This document shows positions 12,596 through 26,300 of a DNA stretch of 64,000 bases, piece by piece. Position numbers and translations under genes: made by a program. Each line of letters starts with the position of its first letter. Position 1 is the first letter of the stretch. The notes beneath the pieces were generated by a model. It ran no database searches. It was not told the DNA's origin and worked only from the letters and a program-made list of their open reading frames with translations. The stretch is from Ruditapes philippinarum (lineage: Eukaryota): assembly GCF_026571515.1 (NCBI RefSeq), contig NW_026865326.1, forward strand, positions 248,001 to 312,000, given 5' to 3'.

Positions 12596-15500
12596 ATGGA
12601 AGTAAATCTATTAAGTGTCCTAAGTACATCGGTTGTACTTGTTTTTATAACAGTTTTCTTACTATGTTACTTGTATTTAGGTAGACGGTCAAACCTTCCA
12701 CCTGGACCCCCGGGTTTACCATTGATAGGCAACCTGATATGGTTTAATAGACTTAAAAACAGAAAACTAAAACAGTATCAAGGATTTTATGAGGCTAGTA
12801 AAACATACGGGGATATAGTGTCGGTAACAGTATTCGGTCAACGATTTGTTGCCCTACACGGATATGATACTATACGTGACGCTTTTGTGAAACATAGTGA
12901 CGTGCTAAACAGCCGACCAAGCTGGCTCCGAGCAATTAAAGAGGCTATCAAAGAAGGGAAAGGTAAGATTGTTTTCTGACATTCTGCAGATTATGATATT
13001 TAGAATCACGTGGGATATGTCTTTTAACATATTAAAGTTTTATAACTGAATTAGTCAATATTCAGGTGGCGCGATAGCTCAGTGGTGACGCGATAGCTCA
13101 GTTGGTTTGACCACTGGCTGTCACTCCTGAGGTCCCAGGTTCGATCCTGGGTAACACCCTTGGGATTTTTCAGAGTCAGTTTTTCCCACCTAACAAGAGG
13201 TATACTGGTAGGAAATCCAGGTAATCTTCGCACGTATCAGTGCTATATACTGGGCATGTAAAAAAACCGAGAGGTCTATTCAATAAGAGCTAGTTCCCAG
13301 ATTTCCTTGTATCTCATAGCTTTCTCTGAAATGACTAGTCTATAGTCATGTCTACGTCCCCGCTGAGGGATTTCACATTAATGGAAGATAGATAGATTCA
13401 ATTTGAAACGTTTCAACAACTTTCAATATTACAAAGCTGACAGGAAACTCAAAGAATCTACACAGATTGGAAATCAATAATGTATGATATATCATAACGT
13501 GCACATAAAACGAGGCGATGCAAATATCCATTTGAAATGACGTATATGTATTTACTTTTTATCTAGCTTCATCGAGTTTTAAAGCAGCATGCCTCCGGAT
13601 TCATACTACTTTTTAAATGAAAATTTTGACAATGACATGCGGACATTTCTTTTGATGTACGGTGTTCTGTTTGGGCCTTTTAAATAGTCGCCTATTGATC
13701 ACCGACACTGGTTGAAAGTTAAGGTTAATCCCCGCGAGGGTGTAGCATAGAATGAACGTTAGATGCTGGTAAAGTCTTATCGATGAATAGCGCGACAGAC
13801 GACAATTTAACCGACCAAAACACCGTGATAACGATTTGCTAGACGAAGGTTGAATACAGCTAAGGTCACAAAGGTTAAGTGTTGAAAAATAAGATTTACT
13901 GTGTGAAAATTATCAAGTTAATCTGATAAATATCTGTTCTTTATCATGTTAACACGAAAACTAACTAGTTAGTAAGATAGTTAACGAGGTAATTATATGG
14001 TTAACTGTTGGCAGAAATATGCCACCATACTACCGAAATTAAAGTCCATGTACAAGAATTAAAAAAGAAAAAGAAAAAAAGCAGCTGCGATACCAATTCT
14101 TTAAAATGGTTATTTTTTCTATAGTGATGATTGTATTAACATAATACTGTTGAAACATAATTATATCAAAATGTATCATTAATGATGAAATGAAATTTCC
14201 GAGATGGGTTAATTAATTAACGGAAATGCCAGTCTGATAAGCAAGAAAAGTAATATCCTAAATAAAATAGCACGAAAACTTAAATATTAAGTTATAGAGC
14301 TCTATTGCCGCAATATCTATTTAAAATCAATATAAATACAAATTTCATTGCAGGGGTTATTTGGCAGAGTGGTGAACCATGGAAAGTTCTCCGGAAGTTT
14401 GTACTACAAACATTGAGAGATTTTGGGGTAGGAAAGACGTCATTAGAGGAAAAGATAATGCACGAAGTTGACGCTGCGAATGAAGTTCTTAACGCCTCCG
14501 AAGGAAAACCGTTTGATGTACGACTTCTTACATCAATGATGATTACAAACGTTATATACGGAATTGTTTTTGCGAAAAGGTGAATATCTTTGTCTTTGAA
14601 TAAATATTTGAGTGAGAAGTACGTACTCTAATAGTGGGGTGTACATGTACTCTAATATACAGCACTCTTATGTGAATGTTATAAAAGAGAACACGGTTGC
14701 TGGACAAAGGGGGTGAAAAATTGGCCTATTTGCTTTAAAAGAATCGATCGCACATTGTATATCAGATGACAATCAAGGAAACAATTCCTTTTTGCATTCT
14801 TGCTATATTAATATTGTCACGGGTGAAAATTAAAATTCCATGTACCTGTATGTTATTATTTCTTTGAAGGTTTGATTACAAAGATGAAAAATTACACGAA
14901 ATCATCGAGAATTTGGATAGAATATTTCGTATTGGCGGAGGATTACTAACGGCGGATGGGCTACTTCCATCATTTATTTTGAAAATTTTCAACCGCGAGG
15001 TGATTATATAAGATAGCTATTTCATAATCTATTCCCATGTACAGGTCTTAAATTAACCTGTCTTCTAATATGTTCCAATTACAAGGCTTATGATTTCGAA
15101 TAGATAATTGATCAACCGGAACTTTTGTTATTTATTTTAGACCGCCGACATGAGAAAATAGTCCTGAACGTAACTTACATTTTTCTTTGTTGACATATTA
15201 AATTCTTAAAAAAAATACAATAATAAATTAAAGAAAATTTGAATTTACTTATTGTTACCTATTCATATTTATCTTTAGCAGTCCATTTTTTACGTCAATG
15301 GCAACGTTAACGTCTTATAAAATCATTTGCAAAATTACGATTAGGGTTGTTTTTCTCACGCTGGCATCATTATTATATTGAATATACATGCATTTCTAAA
15401 AGCTGAAGGCATTAGCAGGAACGTTATTTGAATATGTCTCTCCTATAATAATTTAAGTGGTTCATAATGGTAATTTTAGATTTAATCAACTGCTGAACCT

Positions 15501-18500
15501 AAGTGGTTAAACAACATTTTGGGCCGTTCATTGCTTTCATAAAATAGTTAAACAAATAATGTTAAACTATATCAAATATATTATTTGCATCACCAGGTAT
15601 TCATTAAATGACTAAATAATAATTATATACTTTTTATTTCTTAAAAGGCTTACGAAATTCGATTGAAACGCCTGGAAACAATTAGATGGATAAAAGAACA
15701 TATTTACAGCGAGATAAATAACCACGAGAGTACGTATGATAACGAGAACATACGAGATTTTGTCGATCTATATATACAAGCAAAGCTTCAACGTACTGAT
15801 GAAAATACTTTTAACAGTAAGTTTAAATTCATTTTTCATATTAAATAGGGAAACATTAAAGTGAAAATACTTAAGAATGTAAAATTTGAAAGCACATGTA
15901 TTGTTCTTTTTAAAGTCGGACATCCAAAATGTAATGTATCATATATAAAGGTTTCAAATTTGAGCGGGATTTTTTTTAAAGTAGACATACATACTAGATA
16001 CTAATAAACATATAATTGTTGTACAACTTTGTATTCCCAGTGGATGCTGAAAATAAATAACTTTCAGCGGACAGAACATAATTTTATTTTTAGCTCGACT
16101 ATTCGATAAGAATAAGTAGAGCTATTGTAGTCACCCGAGCGTCGGCGTCGGCGTAACCACTTATGTTTAAGTTTTTGTAATAGTTTAAGTTTAAGTCCAT
16201 TGACATATGGCTTTGAAACTTTGCACATTTGTTCACCATCATTACCCCAACCTGTAAACAGGAGGAGGTAACTGTATCAAACATTTTGACAGAATTAGGC
16301 CCCCTTTTCGACTTAGAATTTACGTTAAAGTTTTTGTAATAGTTCAAATATTTTCAAAGTCCAGTGACCTATTGCTTTTAAACTTTGCACACTTGTTCAC
16401 CATTATTACCCCAACCTGTAAACAGGAGGAGGTAACTGTATCAAGCATTTTGACAGAATTATGCCCCTTTTTGGACTTAGAATTTACGTTAAAGTTTTTG
16501 TAATACATCAAATATTTTCAAAGTTCATTGACATATGGCTTTGAAACTTTGCACACTTGTTCACCATCATTAACCCAACCTGTAAACAGGAGGAGGTAAC
16601 TGTATCAAGCATTTTTTTTACAATCCAGCACTAAGAATAGTCGAGCGTTGCTGTCCTACCGACAGCTCTTGTGACTTGCACATTACACAGTTCAGTTTCA
16701 TACATACGTGATAGCTGTACTTATACAATACATTTAGTCATAAATTTATAATGAATTATTAACTTACATGAAACACAATGTCACGTAACATTTAATATTT
16801 ATATGAGCCTTTGTATATTATTTCCAAATTTCCATGTCAACAAATCATAGGTCATAGCGTTGAGGAAAAACAGTTTTATTTGTAGTTACACACAACATAT
16901 ATATCGTCAGTAAAAATATACACATTACATACATTGTAAAACGGAATGTATATATATTTTATCACACTCAGGAAACTGCAAAATTAATTAATAAAATAAT
17001 AATAACAGTCAAATTATGTGACCTTGCTAAATAATTAGATTTACGCCTTACGTTAAACTGCTTGATAAAAGCCTTCCCCAAAATGATAATCTGCTTGATA
17101 AAATCCCCCCCCCCAACAAAAAAGAAAAAAAAAGAAAAGAAAAACCAAGAGTCAGTTAAAGTGGACCAAACCGTCAACGCCTCATGAAAAACACTAAAAT
17201 ATGTAAATCCTTCACGAAAACGTAGGTAAAGATAAGGTTATAAGGTGGAGTAAAACTTCTGGTTTATAAAATAACTACTACATGACAGGGTTATAAGATG
17301 TCTTTAAACTGTCACCATCATAAGAAAAAAGGTCAAAACCTTCCAGCTATGAAATAAGTAAAACGTGGCCACTAAATGAAAAGTTAATAAGTTGGGTCAA
17401 ACTTTCACCCGTCAACACCAAATGAAAATTTTATAAACAGGTTTAACCGTTCTCGCCAAATTAAAAGGCTGTAAACTTGCAGGCAATATGTGAAATCTTC
17501 ATGCTTAAAATAAATACTAGTATGTGTTTTGTATGATAACATATTCGTTCCTGTTTCAGAGGGTAATATGTTTCGGGTAATCATGGATCTATTTATAGCT
17601 GGATCAGAAACAACATCAAACACAGTGAACTGGTGTATATTGTACATGCAAGAGTATCCATATATACAGGAAAAATGTCAACAAGAAATCTCAGAGGTAA
17701 AAGGACCACAGTTTCCATATATAACGTAATAGTTACCTCCCTTCGCATTGGTATTTAATTAAGATATACTAAAGTACAGCGGTCGACTATTAGCCCATTA
17801 ATTTTCTAGATGACATAAAAAGTCACTATCTCTATTGAGGAGTGTTTTTTCTTTGTAATCTGTCATGACATATATACGAGGGATGTCCGAAAAAATTCAT
17901 ATACTTTTCATTTTTTATTGTATAACAATACATATGTACACATTTTGTCAGCAATTTGTATACATATTAAGTGTCCAGCTTTATTTGTCATCCAATGAAA
18001 ACGCTGTATTTCTTAAAAATTATGTGTGTTAATTTTCATAGAAGAAAAAAAGTCGATACTATATTGAAATCCGTTCTTATACTGCCCTCACACATACCTC
18101 GCGACCTTACTGCGTACTTACTGCGACCTTGCTACGACCCAGGACGCAGCACAGTCACCATGGACGCAGCAGGGACGCAGCGATGTCGTAGCGAAAAACC
18201 CAAGGACGCACAAGGTCGCAGACCGTCGGCGACTATTTTGAACATGCACAAAACAGTCGCAGAAACTCTGCGTTCTTGCTGAGTCCTGGTTAGGTCGACG
18301 TGGGATCGCAGTGGAGTCGCCATAGTCGCAGCAGCATCGTAGTAAGGACGCAATAAGAACGCAATAGACGTAGTACACTCGTACTTAGGACGCCGTAAGG
18401 TCAGACTCAGAATGAAATTTACTGGTAAAAAGTATTGTTTTTATAGACGTAGCAAGAACGTAGTAGGGTCGTCTTACAGTCGCAGGACAGTCGCCGGACA

Positions 18501-21292
18501 AACGCAATATTCGTCGTAGAGTCGCCGTAAGGACGCAGAGAACATAGCACAGTCGCAGTTAGGTCGCCGATGATCGCCGTGGGGTCGCCTTGGGGATGCA
18601 ATTCAGACGCAGTGGAAACGCCATGGACGTAGAAGGGTCGTATTGAGGACATAGAGGAAACGTACTGAACACAAGACTGCAGAGCCCCGGACCGTCTGCG
18701 AGAGAAATTTGAAAGAAAACCAACGATTTTCGAAAGAAAAATGCTATTTTACTAGTTTTCAGGTCGCAGTAAGGTCGTGGTTTATGTGTGAGGGCACCAT
18801 AATTAGTGTTCATCCTTAGCTGTTCTACAGAAATTAGAAACATTCTCCTGTCGCTATCGCTCCCGTCGAAGTTTCTAATTTCTGTAGAACAGCACGGATG
18901 AACACTAACATATACATAGCGAACAAAAAAGATCAAAAATTACTGATCTGTCACTAACGTTTGTATTCTAACAGCAATTACATACAACACATATACATCA
19001 TCCTGGAGCACTTTGACAACGTCAACGGCGTCAAATTAACTTCATGTTTACCCGCTATTCAATTTATTCCGATTTCAACAGCCACGGTACATGTCTAGCA
19101 TAAACTAAATACTTGTTATGTTGCTTTTACTTTATGAATTTCATATTTAAAATTATTTCTTAAAAACAAAAATTGCGTATGACGTCATAAGTTTCACTTA
19201 ATATCATGTAATAGTATCTCATGATGTCACAAAATTAAAACGAGAATTTGCGTTAAAATTACAATTTTTAGCAACTTAATACTCGAGTAGCTAGCGTCAT
19301 GAAATCAAAGTGATTCGTGATTCGTTGATCATGTTGCCATGGTGATCGCCGCTTTGCGAATATTACATTGATGATGATTTTTTAATTTTAAAAATATGAA
19401 GCAAATAAATACTTTAGCAAAATATTCAATCTTCATATTGGTAATGACTGTTTATAGTCTTGTCTACGAACTTTCCGGACAACGTTCATATATGTATGCA
19501 TAAATGTGTTATCTAGTTATAATACAATACTGGGCGTGGCCGAGTGGTTAACACGTCGGACTAGTAATCTAAGGATTGCTGACCGCGTGGGTTCAAACCC
19601 TGTCAGGGGCAAGCCTTTGTTTCCTTGAGCAAGAAACTTTACATTCATTGTTGCTTAGTACTGGTTGGTTCCAGGAACGGATTCGAGAGTGTTTCAATAA
19701 GCTTATAACTCCAACACAATCGAACTAAAATAAATTTGTATAAACTAATATAATACTAGTACTTCCTCTTTTTTTTGTAGAAATGCGGTGACAAGGTGGT
19801 GACATGGGCAGATAGAGGATCTTTACCCTACATTGAGGCTACTCTTCTAGAAATACAAAGACTGGCGAATATTGGTGAGTATCCGTCTGTAGTTGACTTT
19901 CATAAGGTTCAGAAAAAATGATCAAATGCTCAACTGGTGAAGGCAACTGTTAAGTTAAACAGAATACTGTAGATGCTACATGTATGTGGTGAGCTTAACC
20001 AAACATCTTTATTGCAGTGATATACGGTGATATACGGTATACTCATATACCCACTTAAATTATAAACGCATTTGAGGACATTATTCTGATAATAATCTGA
20101 TTAAGAATGTCAAAGTTTAGTTGAAAACGAGTACATTGCTTGCATATTTTGTCAGTAAAGATCGAAAGAAATAATGCAAACCATTATTAGATCTACATTC
20201 AGTTTTAAGCACATTGTCAATTAAAATGTAAATTAAAATGTGAATATGTGTGTTCTAGCACCAGTGTTTTGCCGCAACATCATTTTTTTTTACTTTTTTT
20301 TTTATATTTAGCTCCAATGTCAGTACCACACACAAACGAAGTTGACATTGAACTAGGGGGATACTTTATACCACGGAGGAGCCTTATTGTCGCAAGTTTA
20401 TACTCCTCCAACATTGACCCTCGTCATTGGGACGAACCTGAAATATTCAAACCTGAACGATTCATGGAAAATGGCAAACTGAAGAAAAATCAAGCTCTTA
20501 TTCCGTTTTCAATAGGTAAAGATAAATATCAACTGAAGAACTAATATGAAATACTAAGAAAATATACCCATGGTTAAATTGAAAATCGTTGCTTAGTGTG
20601 ATTCTAAGCCTAGTTTGAGTTAAAAGCGTTCAAACGCTTTTCTTTTTAAGATCATTTTGCACAATATTGAGGTTCATAATTTTACACATGTCATAACAAA
20701 CTCCTCACAGTGATTACCTCCTTTTGCAGATTTGTACTGATAAAGGGAGATAACTGAGTATGAGGCTGTTGTGATAATGGTATCAAATAAGTACAACAGA
20801 TGTTACTATAATCAATACACAAAAAGATGTTAGGAAATGCATGGATCTGTAATATTTTCCAAGCATAAAGACTTTATATGAAGCAGTTATATTCATTCCT
20901 TTGTTAGCTGTCGTAGCACAGCGCAAATACATATTTACCTTGCATTTAATCTTGTTTTGCATTTGAGATAACTATTCACTTCATCTTTTTAGGGTTGTAT
21001 CTGTTCCGGTATATTTAACCATTTACGTTTCTTTTGTTCCGTTCAAGTAAAAAATGTATGGCGACGGCAAAAGTTCGAGATATAAATATTCCTTTTTAAT
21101 TTTTTAGGTCCTCGGATCTGTTTAGGAGAATCTTTGGCGAGGATGGAAATGTTTCTGATATTTACAAATCTGCTGCAGCGATTTACTTTCTGTCGAGAAG
21201 ACGACAACGTCAAGCATTCATTCGAAAATATAGTTGAACAATTCACAAGTGCTCCACAACCATACAAAACACGTGCAATGAAACGGGTTTAA
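12596..21292 (+). CDS. Cytochrome P450, clan 2 (CYP2-like), copy 2; 8 coding exons, 503 aa
   Basis: Exons 12596-12962, 14354-14579, 14870-14999, 15648-15816, 17560-17696, 19781-19874, 20312-20515, 21108-21292; exon sizes identical to copy 1; PERF and FSIGPRICLG intact; about 21 aa differences from copy 1 by manual comparison. Confidence 0.95.
13066..13370 (+). mobile_element. tRNA-derived SINE in CYP copy 2 intron 1
   Basis: Duplicated head GCGATAGCTCAGTGG/GCGATAGCTCAGTTGG, B-box GGTTCGATCC, and a non-tRNA body (…CTGGGCATGTAAAAAAACC…). Confidence 0.75.
16087..16672 (+). mobile_element. HINE/pearl-like non-autonomous element with about 164-bp internal repeats, CYP copy 2 intron 4
   Basis: 5' TTTTAGCTCGACTATTC; subterminal inverted copy GAATAGTCGAG near the 3' end; (GTCGGC)n; 3' palindrome GCTGTC-CTACC-GACAGC; absent from copy 1; near-identical element at 46892-47486. 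Confidence 0.8.
18080..18799. mobile_element. GC-rich MITE (possibly PIF/Harbinger-like) nested in the mariner-type element
   Basis: About 35-bp TIRs TGCCCTCACACATA…CGACCTTACTGCG / CGCAGTAAGGTCG…TATGTGTGAGGGCA; TTA/TAA flanks; internal GTCGCAG/GACGCAG motifs. Confidence 0.7.
18804..18907. mobile_element. 104-bp hairpin MITE
   Basis: About 37-bp arms TAGTGTTCATCC..GCTGTTCTACAGAAATTAGAAAC and its reverse complement around a loop of about 29 nt. Confidence 0.75.
19530..19745 (+). mobile_element. tRNA-derived SINE, orthologous to the 5471 copy, CYP copy 2 intron 5
   Basis: A-box GTGGCCGAGTGG, B-box GGTTCAAACC, same central domain. Confidence 0.8.
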
Positions 21293-21790
21293 GATAAAGT
21301 CTTACAGGACGATCTCTGCGAAGTGTCATGTGCTGCAGTCCAGGTTATATGCAGTCTAACTGTGGTCAACTGTAACAGAAATCTGAAATATAAATAAATA
21401 TGAAAAGAGAGTACGAGCTGACGGTGGCGTTGAAGACGTATACTCGTACATTGTGTATTAGTGTGGACGATGTTCAAGTGTGTTAAAGTTTTACACGTGT
21501 ATAGTATTGCATTTGTGTCTATAAACCGAATCTTTCCGATTAAAGTGATCTGTCCGGTATACTTAAAACTATCCGAAATAAAAACTACATCTCCATAAAG
21601 ATATGTTGGATTTCAAATTGACCACCAGTTAAATGATGGTTTTTAGAAGAAAAATAAGATTAAAACGAACAGAACATTTTGTACATATTTTAGTAAGTTT
21701 ATTCTCTTTATTACTTTAATTATATCGAATTATTTCGTGCATGGACGATGAATGTTGTGGGCAACGAAATAGAAATGATATTGTAATATA

Positions 21791-22790
21791 TTTTTTGTGC
21801 CCTCACTTTAGTGGCGGGCATTTAGATTTACCCTTGTCCGTCCTTCCATCCGTCCTTTCTCTTTTGTGTCGCACGTAACTCAAAAAGTATTTGACCTAGA
21901 ATCATGAAACTGACCAGCATGTGCAGTTGTCTACCTGGGTATTTTTGTCTGGATTTATTTAGTATTTTTAGAGTTATTGCTCTTGACTTAGTAAAACTTT
22001 GCAATTTTCAACTTGTGTCACATGTTACTCTAAAAAGATTTGACCTAGAGTCATGAAACCTTACAGGAATTTTGATCTGCATGTGTAATTGTGCACCTGG
22101 GTATTTTTGTCTGGATTTATTTAGTATTTTTAGAGTTATTGTCCTTGCCTTAGAAATTGTTTACAATTTTCAATTTGTGTCCCATGTAACTAAAAAGGGA
22201 TTTGACAGTCATTAAACCTTATGGGAAGGTTGATCATCATATGTTGGTGTGCACCGTGGATTTCGCTTTAGGATTTTTCTAGTAATTGTAGAATTATTTC
22301 CCTTGACTTAGTAAAAACTGTTTCATTATGTTGTGTTATTTGTTCCTTGAGTGCTTGAGTTAGAATCAACCAACTTTACAGGAATAATGAGCAACATCAC
22401 TAAATTACAGGAATAATGATCAACATCACTGTGAAGCTATGCAACTAGGACTTTGCATGTGGATTTTTTTCAGTTTTGTTAGAGTTATTGCCCTTGACTT
22501 ACAGTAGTATAAATTTGCTATTTTCAACTTGTTCATGCATAGCTCAAAAAGTATTTGACTTGTAGGCCTGAAAGTTTACAAGAATGTTGGTCAGCATGTG
22601 TACTTATGCACCTTGGGGTTTGCTGGTGGATTTATTCAGTATTTGTAAAGTTTTTGCCCTTTACTTAGTGAAAAAAAATAGTTTTCAACTTGTGGCACAT
22701 GTAGTCCAAAAAATATTTGACCTAGAGTCATAAGACTGACAGAACAGTGGCGTGTGGGGGCACCCTTGTCTTATGGACACATTTCTAGTT
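21791..22790 (+). mobile_element. HINE/pearl-like element with degenerate 150-160-bp repeats, inserted 3' of CYP copy 2
   Basis: Subterminal IR GTGCCCTCAC / GTGGGGGCAC, (GTCC)n-like microsatellite, 3' palindrome TGTC-TTATG-GACA; inserted in a T run that is empty in copy 1 (about 7620). Confidence 0.7.
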
Positions 22791-23342
22791 TATAATAGAA
22801 CTTTATTTTGCAGAACAACTCAACTTTTAAAAGGGTATACAGCTGTTATTTTGAATTTACTTTTACAGTTAAAGTCAATAAAACTATAATAATGTTTTCA
22901 ACAGTGAAGTATTACATAGATTATTGTAAAGTGTTATTAATTATTTTTGTACATTAATTGCAGCATTCTTTAAAAAAGTATTTCATTAAACTTTATTTTG
23001 CAGATTAACTCAACTTTTAAAAGGGTATACAGCTGTTATTTTGAATTAACTTTTAGAGCTAAAGTCAATAAAACTATAATAATGTTTTCAACAGTGAAGT
23101 ATAACCTAGATTATTGTAAAGTGTTATTAATTATTTTTGTAAATTAATTGCAGCATTCTTTTATGTTTATAGATTTTCATGTGAACGATTTGTTATTATG
23201 CGCAGTACTCAATAAATACAAGATTTTATCTTTTGATATTATAATTTGTTTAATTATTTACAAAATTTGTACAATTGTGAAAAAAAATTGCTATGTACAA
23301 ACTAATTTGAACGCAGTGTATATTTGACTCCTTTTCAACAGT

Positions 23343-26300
23343 AAACATCCTTGTTAGAGCTCCAATGGAGAAGGTCTATTTATTCAAACATCCTTGTTTG
23401 AGCTCCAATGGAGAAGGTCTATTTATTCAAACATCCTTGTTAGAGCTCCAATGAAGAAGGTCTATTTATTCAAACAACCTTGTTAGAGCTCCCATGGAGA
23501 AGGTCTATTTATTCAAACAACCTTGTTAGAGCTCCCATGGAGAAGGTCTATTTATTCAAAAATCCTTGTTTGAGCTCCCATGGAGAAGGTCTATTTATTC
23601 AAACATCCTTGTTTGAGCTCCCATGGAGAAGGTCTAGTTACTCAAACATCCTTGTTAGAGCTCCCATGGAGAAGGTCTATTTATTCAAAAATCCTTGTTA
23701 GAGCTCCAATGGAGAAGGTCTATTTATTCAAACATCCTTGTTTGAGCTCCAATGGAGAAGGTCTATTTATTCAAACATCCTTGTTTGAGCTCCAATGGAG
23801 AAGGTCTATTTATTCAAACATCCTTGTTAGAGCTCCAATGGAGAAGGTCTATTTATTCAAACATCCTTGTTTGAGCTCCAATGGAGAAGGTCTATTTATT
23901 CAAACATCCTTGTCAGGGCTCCAATGGAGAAGGTCTATTTATTCAAACATCCTTGTTAGAGCTCCCATGGAGAAGGTCTATTTATTCAAACATTCTTGTT
24001 AGAGCTCCCATGGAGAAGGTCTATTTATTCAAACATCCTTGTTAGAGCTCCAATGGAGAAGGTCTACTTATTCAAACATCCTTGTTAGAGCTCCCATGGA
24101 GAAGGTCTACTTATTCAAAATCCTTGTCAGAGCTCCCATGGAGAAGGTCTATTTATTCAAAAATCCTTGTCAGAGCTCCAATGGAGAAGGTCTATTTATT
24201 CAAACATCCTTGTCAGAGCTCCAATGGAGAAGGTCTATTTATTCAAACATCCTTGTATGAGCTCCAATGGAGAAGGTCTATTTATTCAAACATCATTGTT
24301 AGAGCTCCGATGGAGAAGGTCTATTTATTCAAACATTCTTGTTTGAGCTCCAATGGAGAAGGTCTATTTATTCAAACATTCTTGTTAGAGCTCCAATGGA
24401 GAAGGTCTATTTATTCAAACATCTTTGTTAGAGCTCAAATGGAGAAGGTCTATTTATTCAAACATCCTTGTGAGAGCTCAAATGGAGAAGGTCTATTTAT
24501 TCAAACATCATTGTTAGAGCTCCAATGGAGAAGGTCTATTTATTCAAACATCATTGTTAGGGCTCCAATGGATAATGTCCATTTATTCAAACATCCTTGT
24601 TAGAGCTCCAATGGAGAAGGTCTATTTATTCAAACATCATTGTTAGAGCTCCAATGGAGAAGGTCTATTTATTCAAACATCCTTGTAAGAGCTCCAATGG
24701 AGAAGGTCTATTTATTCAAACATCCTTGTTAGAGCTCCAATGAAGAAGGTCTATTTATTCAAACATCCTTGTTAGAGCTCCAATGGAGAAGGTCTATTTG
24801 TTCAAACATCCTTGTTAGAGCTCCCATGGAGAAGGTCTATTTATTCAAACATCCTTGTTAGAGCTCCAATGGAGAAGGTCTATTTATTCAAACATCATTG
24901 TTAGAGCTCCCATGGAGAAGGTCTATTTATTCAAACATCCTTGTATGAGCTCCAATGAAGAAGGTCTATTTATTCAAACATCCTTGTTAGAGCTCCAATG
25001 GAGAAGGTCTATTTATTCAAACATCCTTGTTAGAGCTCCCATGGAGAAGGTCTATTTATTCAAACATCCTTGTATGAGCTCCCATGGAGAAGGTCTTTTT
25101 ATTCAAACATCCTTGTTAGAGCTCCCATGGAGAAGGTCTATTTATTCAAACATCCTTGTTAGAGCTCCCATGGAGAAGGTCTATTTATTCAAACATCCTT
25201 GTCAGAGCTCCCATGGAGAAGGTCTTTTTATTCAAACATTCTTGTTAGAGCTCCCATGGAGAAGGTCTTTTTATTCAAACATCCTTGTTAGAGCTCCAAT
25301 GGAGAAGGTCTATTTATTCAAACATCCTTGTCAGAGCTCCCATGGAGAAGGTCTATTTATTCAAAAATCCTTGTCAGAGCTCCAATGGAGAAGGTCTGTT
25401 TATTCAAACATCCTTGTTAGAGCTCCAATGGAGAAGGTCTATTTATTCAAACATCCTTGTATGAGCTCCAATGGAGAAGGTCTATTTATTCAAACATCCT
25501 TGTATGAGCTCCAATGAAGAAGGTCTGTTTTTTTAAACATCCTTGTATGAGCTCCAATGAAGAAGGTCTGTTTTTTCAAACATCCTTGTATGAGCTCCAA
25601 TGAAGAAGGTCTATTTATTCAAACATCCTTGTATGAGCTCCAATGGAGAAGGTCTATTTATTCAAACATCCTTGTATGAGCTCCAATGGAGAAGGTCTAT
25701 TTATTCAAACATCATTGTTAGAGCTCCGATGGAGAAGGTCTATTTATTCAAACATTCTTGTTTGAGCTCCAATGGAGAAGGTCTATTTATTCAAACATTC
25801 TTGTTAGAGCTCCAATGGAGAAGGTCTATTTATTCAAACATCTTTGTTAGAGCTCAAATGGAGAAGGTCTATTTATTCAAACATCCTTATTAGAGTTCAA
25901 ATGGAGAAGGTCTATTTATTCAAACATCATTGTTAGAGCTCCAATGGAGAAGGTCTATTTATTCAAACATCATTGTTAGGGCTCCAATGGATAATGTCTC
26001 CATTTATTCAAACATCCTTGTTAGAGCTCCAATGGAGAAGGTCTATTTATTCAAACATCATTGTAAGAGCTCCAATGGAGAAGGTCTATTTATTCAAACA
26101 TCCTTGTAGAGCTCCAATGGAGAAGGTCTATTTATTCAAACATCCTTGTTAGAGCTCCAATGGAGAAGGTCTACTTATTCAAACATTCTTGTTAGAGCTC
26201 CCATTGAGAAGGTCTTTTATTCAAACATCCTTGTTAGAGCTCCAATGGAGAAGGTCTATTTATTCAAACATCCTTGTTAGAGCTCCAATGGAGAAGGTCT

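Larger units (their letters stand above)
17877..19488. mobile_element. Tc1/mariner-type non-autonomous element with nested MITEs, CYP copy 2 intron 5
   Basis: Imperfect TIRs CGAGGGATGTCCGAAAAA / CTTTCCGGACAACGTTCA flanked by TA; empty site in copy 1 near 5420-5435. Confidence 0.7.

Noticed and set aside
13066-13160. tRNA gene (also at 1853, 19530, 50310)
   Set aside because: A/B boxes are present but there is no clean cloverleaf and the sequence continues into SINE bodies.
17971-18936. Overlapping ORFs in a GC-rich intron segment
   Set aside because: They lie within a MITE and show no transposase motifs.
1366-21292. CYP pair as a haplotype-duplication assembly artefact
   Set aside because: Fixed satellite differences, several copy-specific insertions and different flanks favour real paralogues, though high mollusc heterozygosity means read depth should still be checked.
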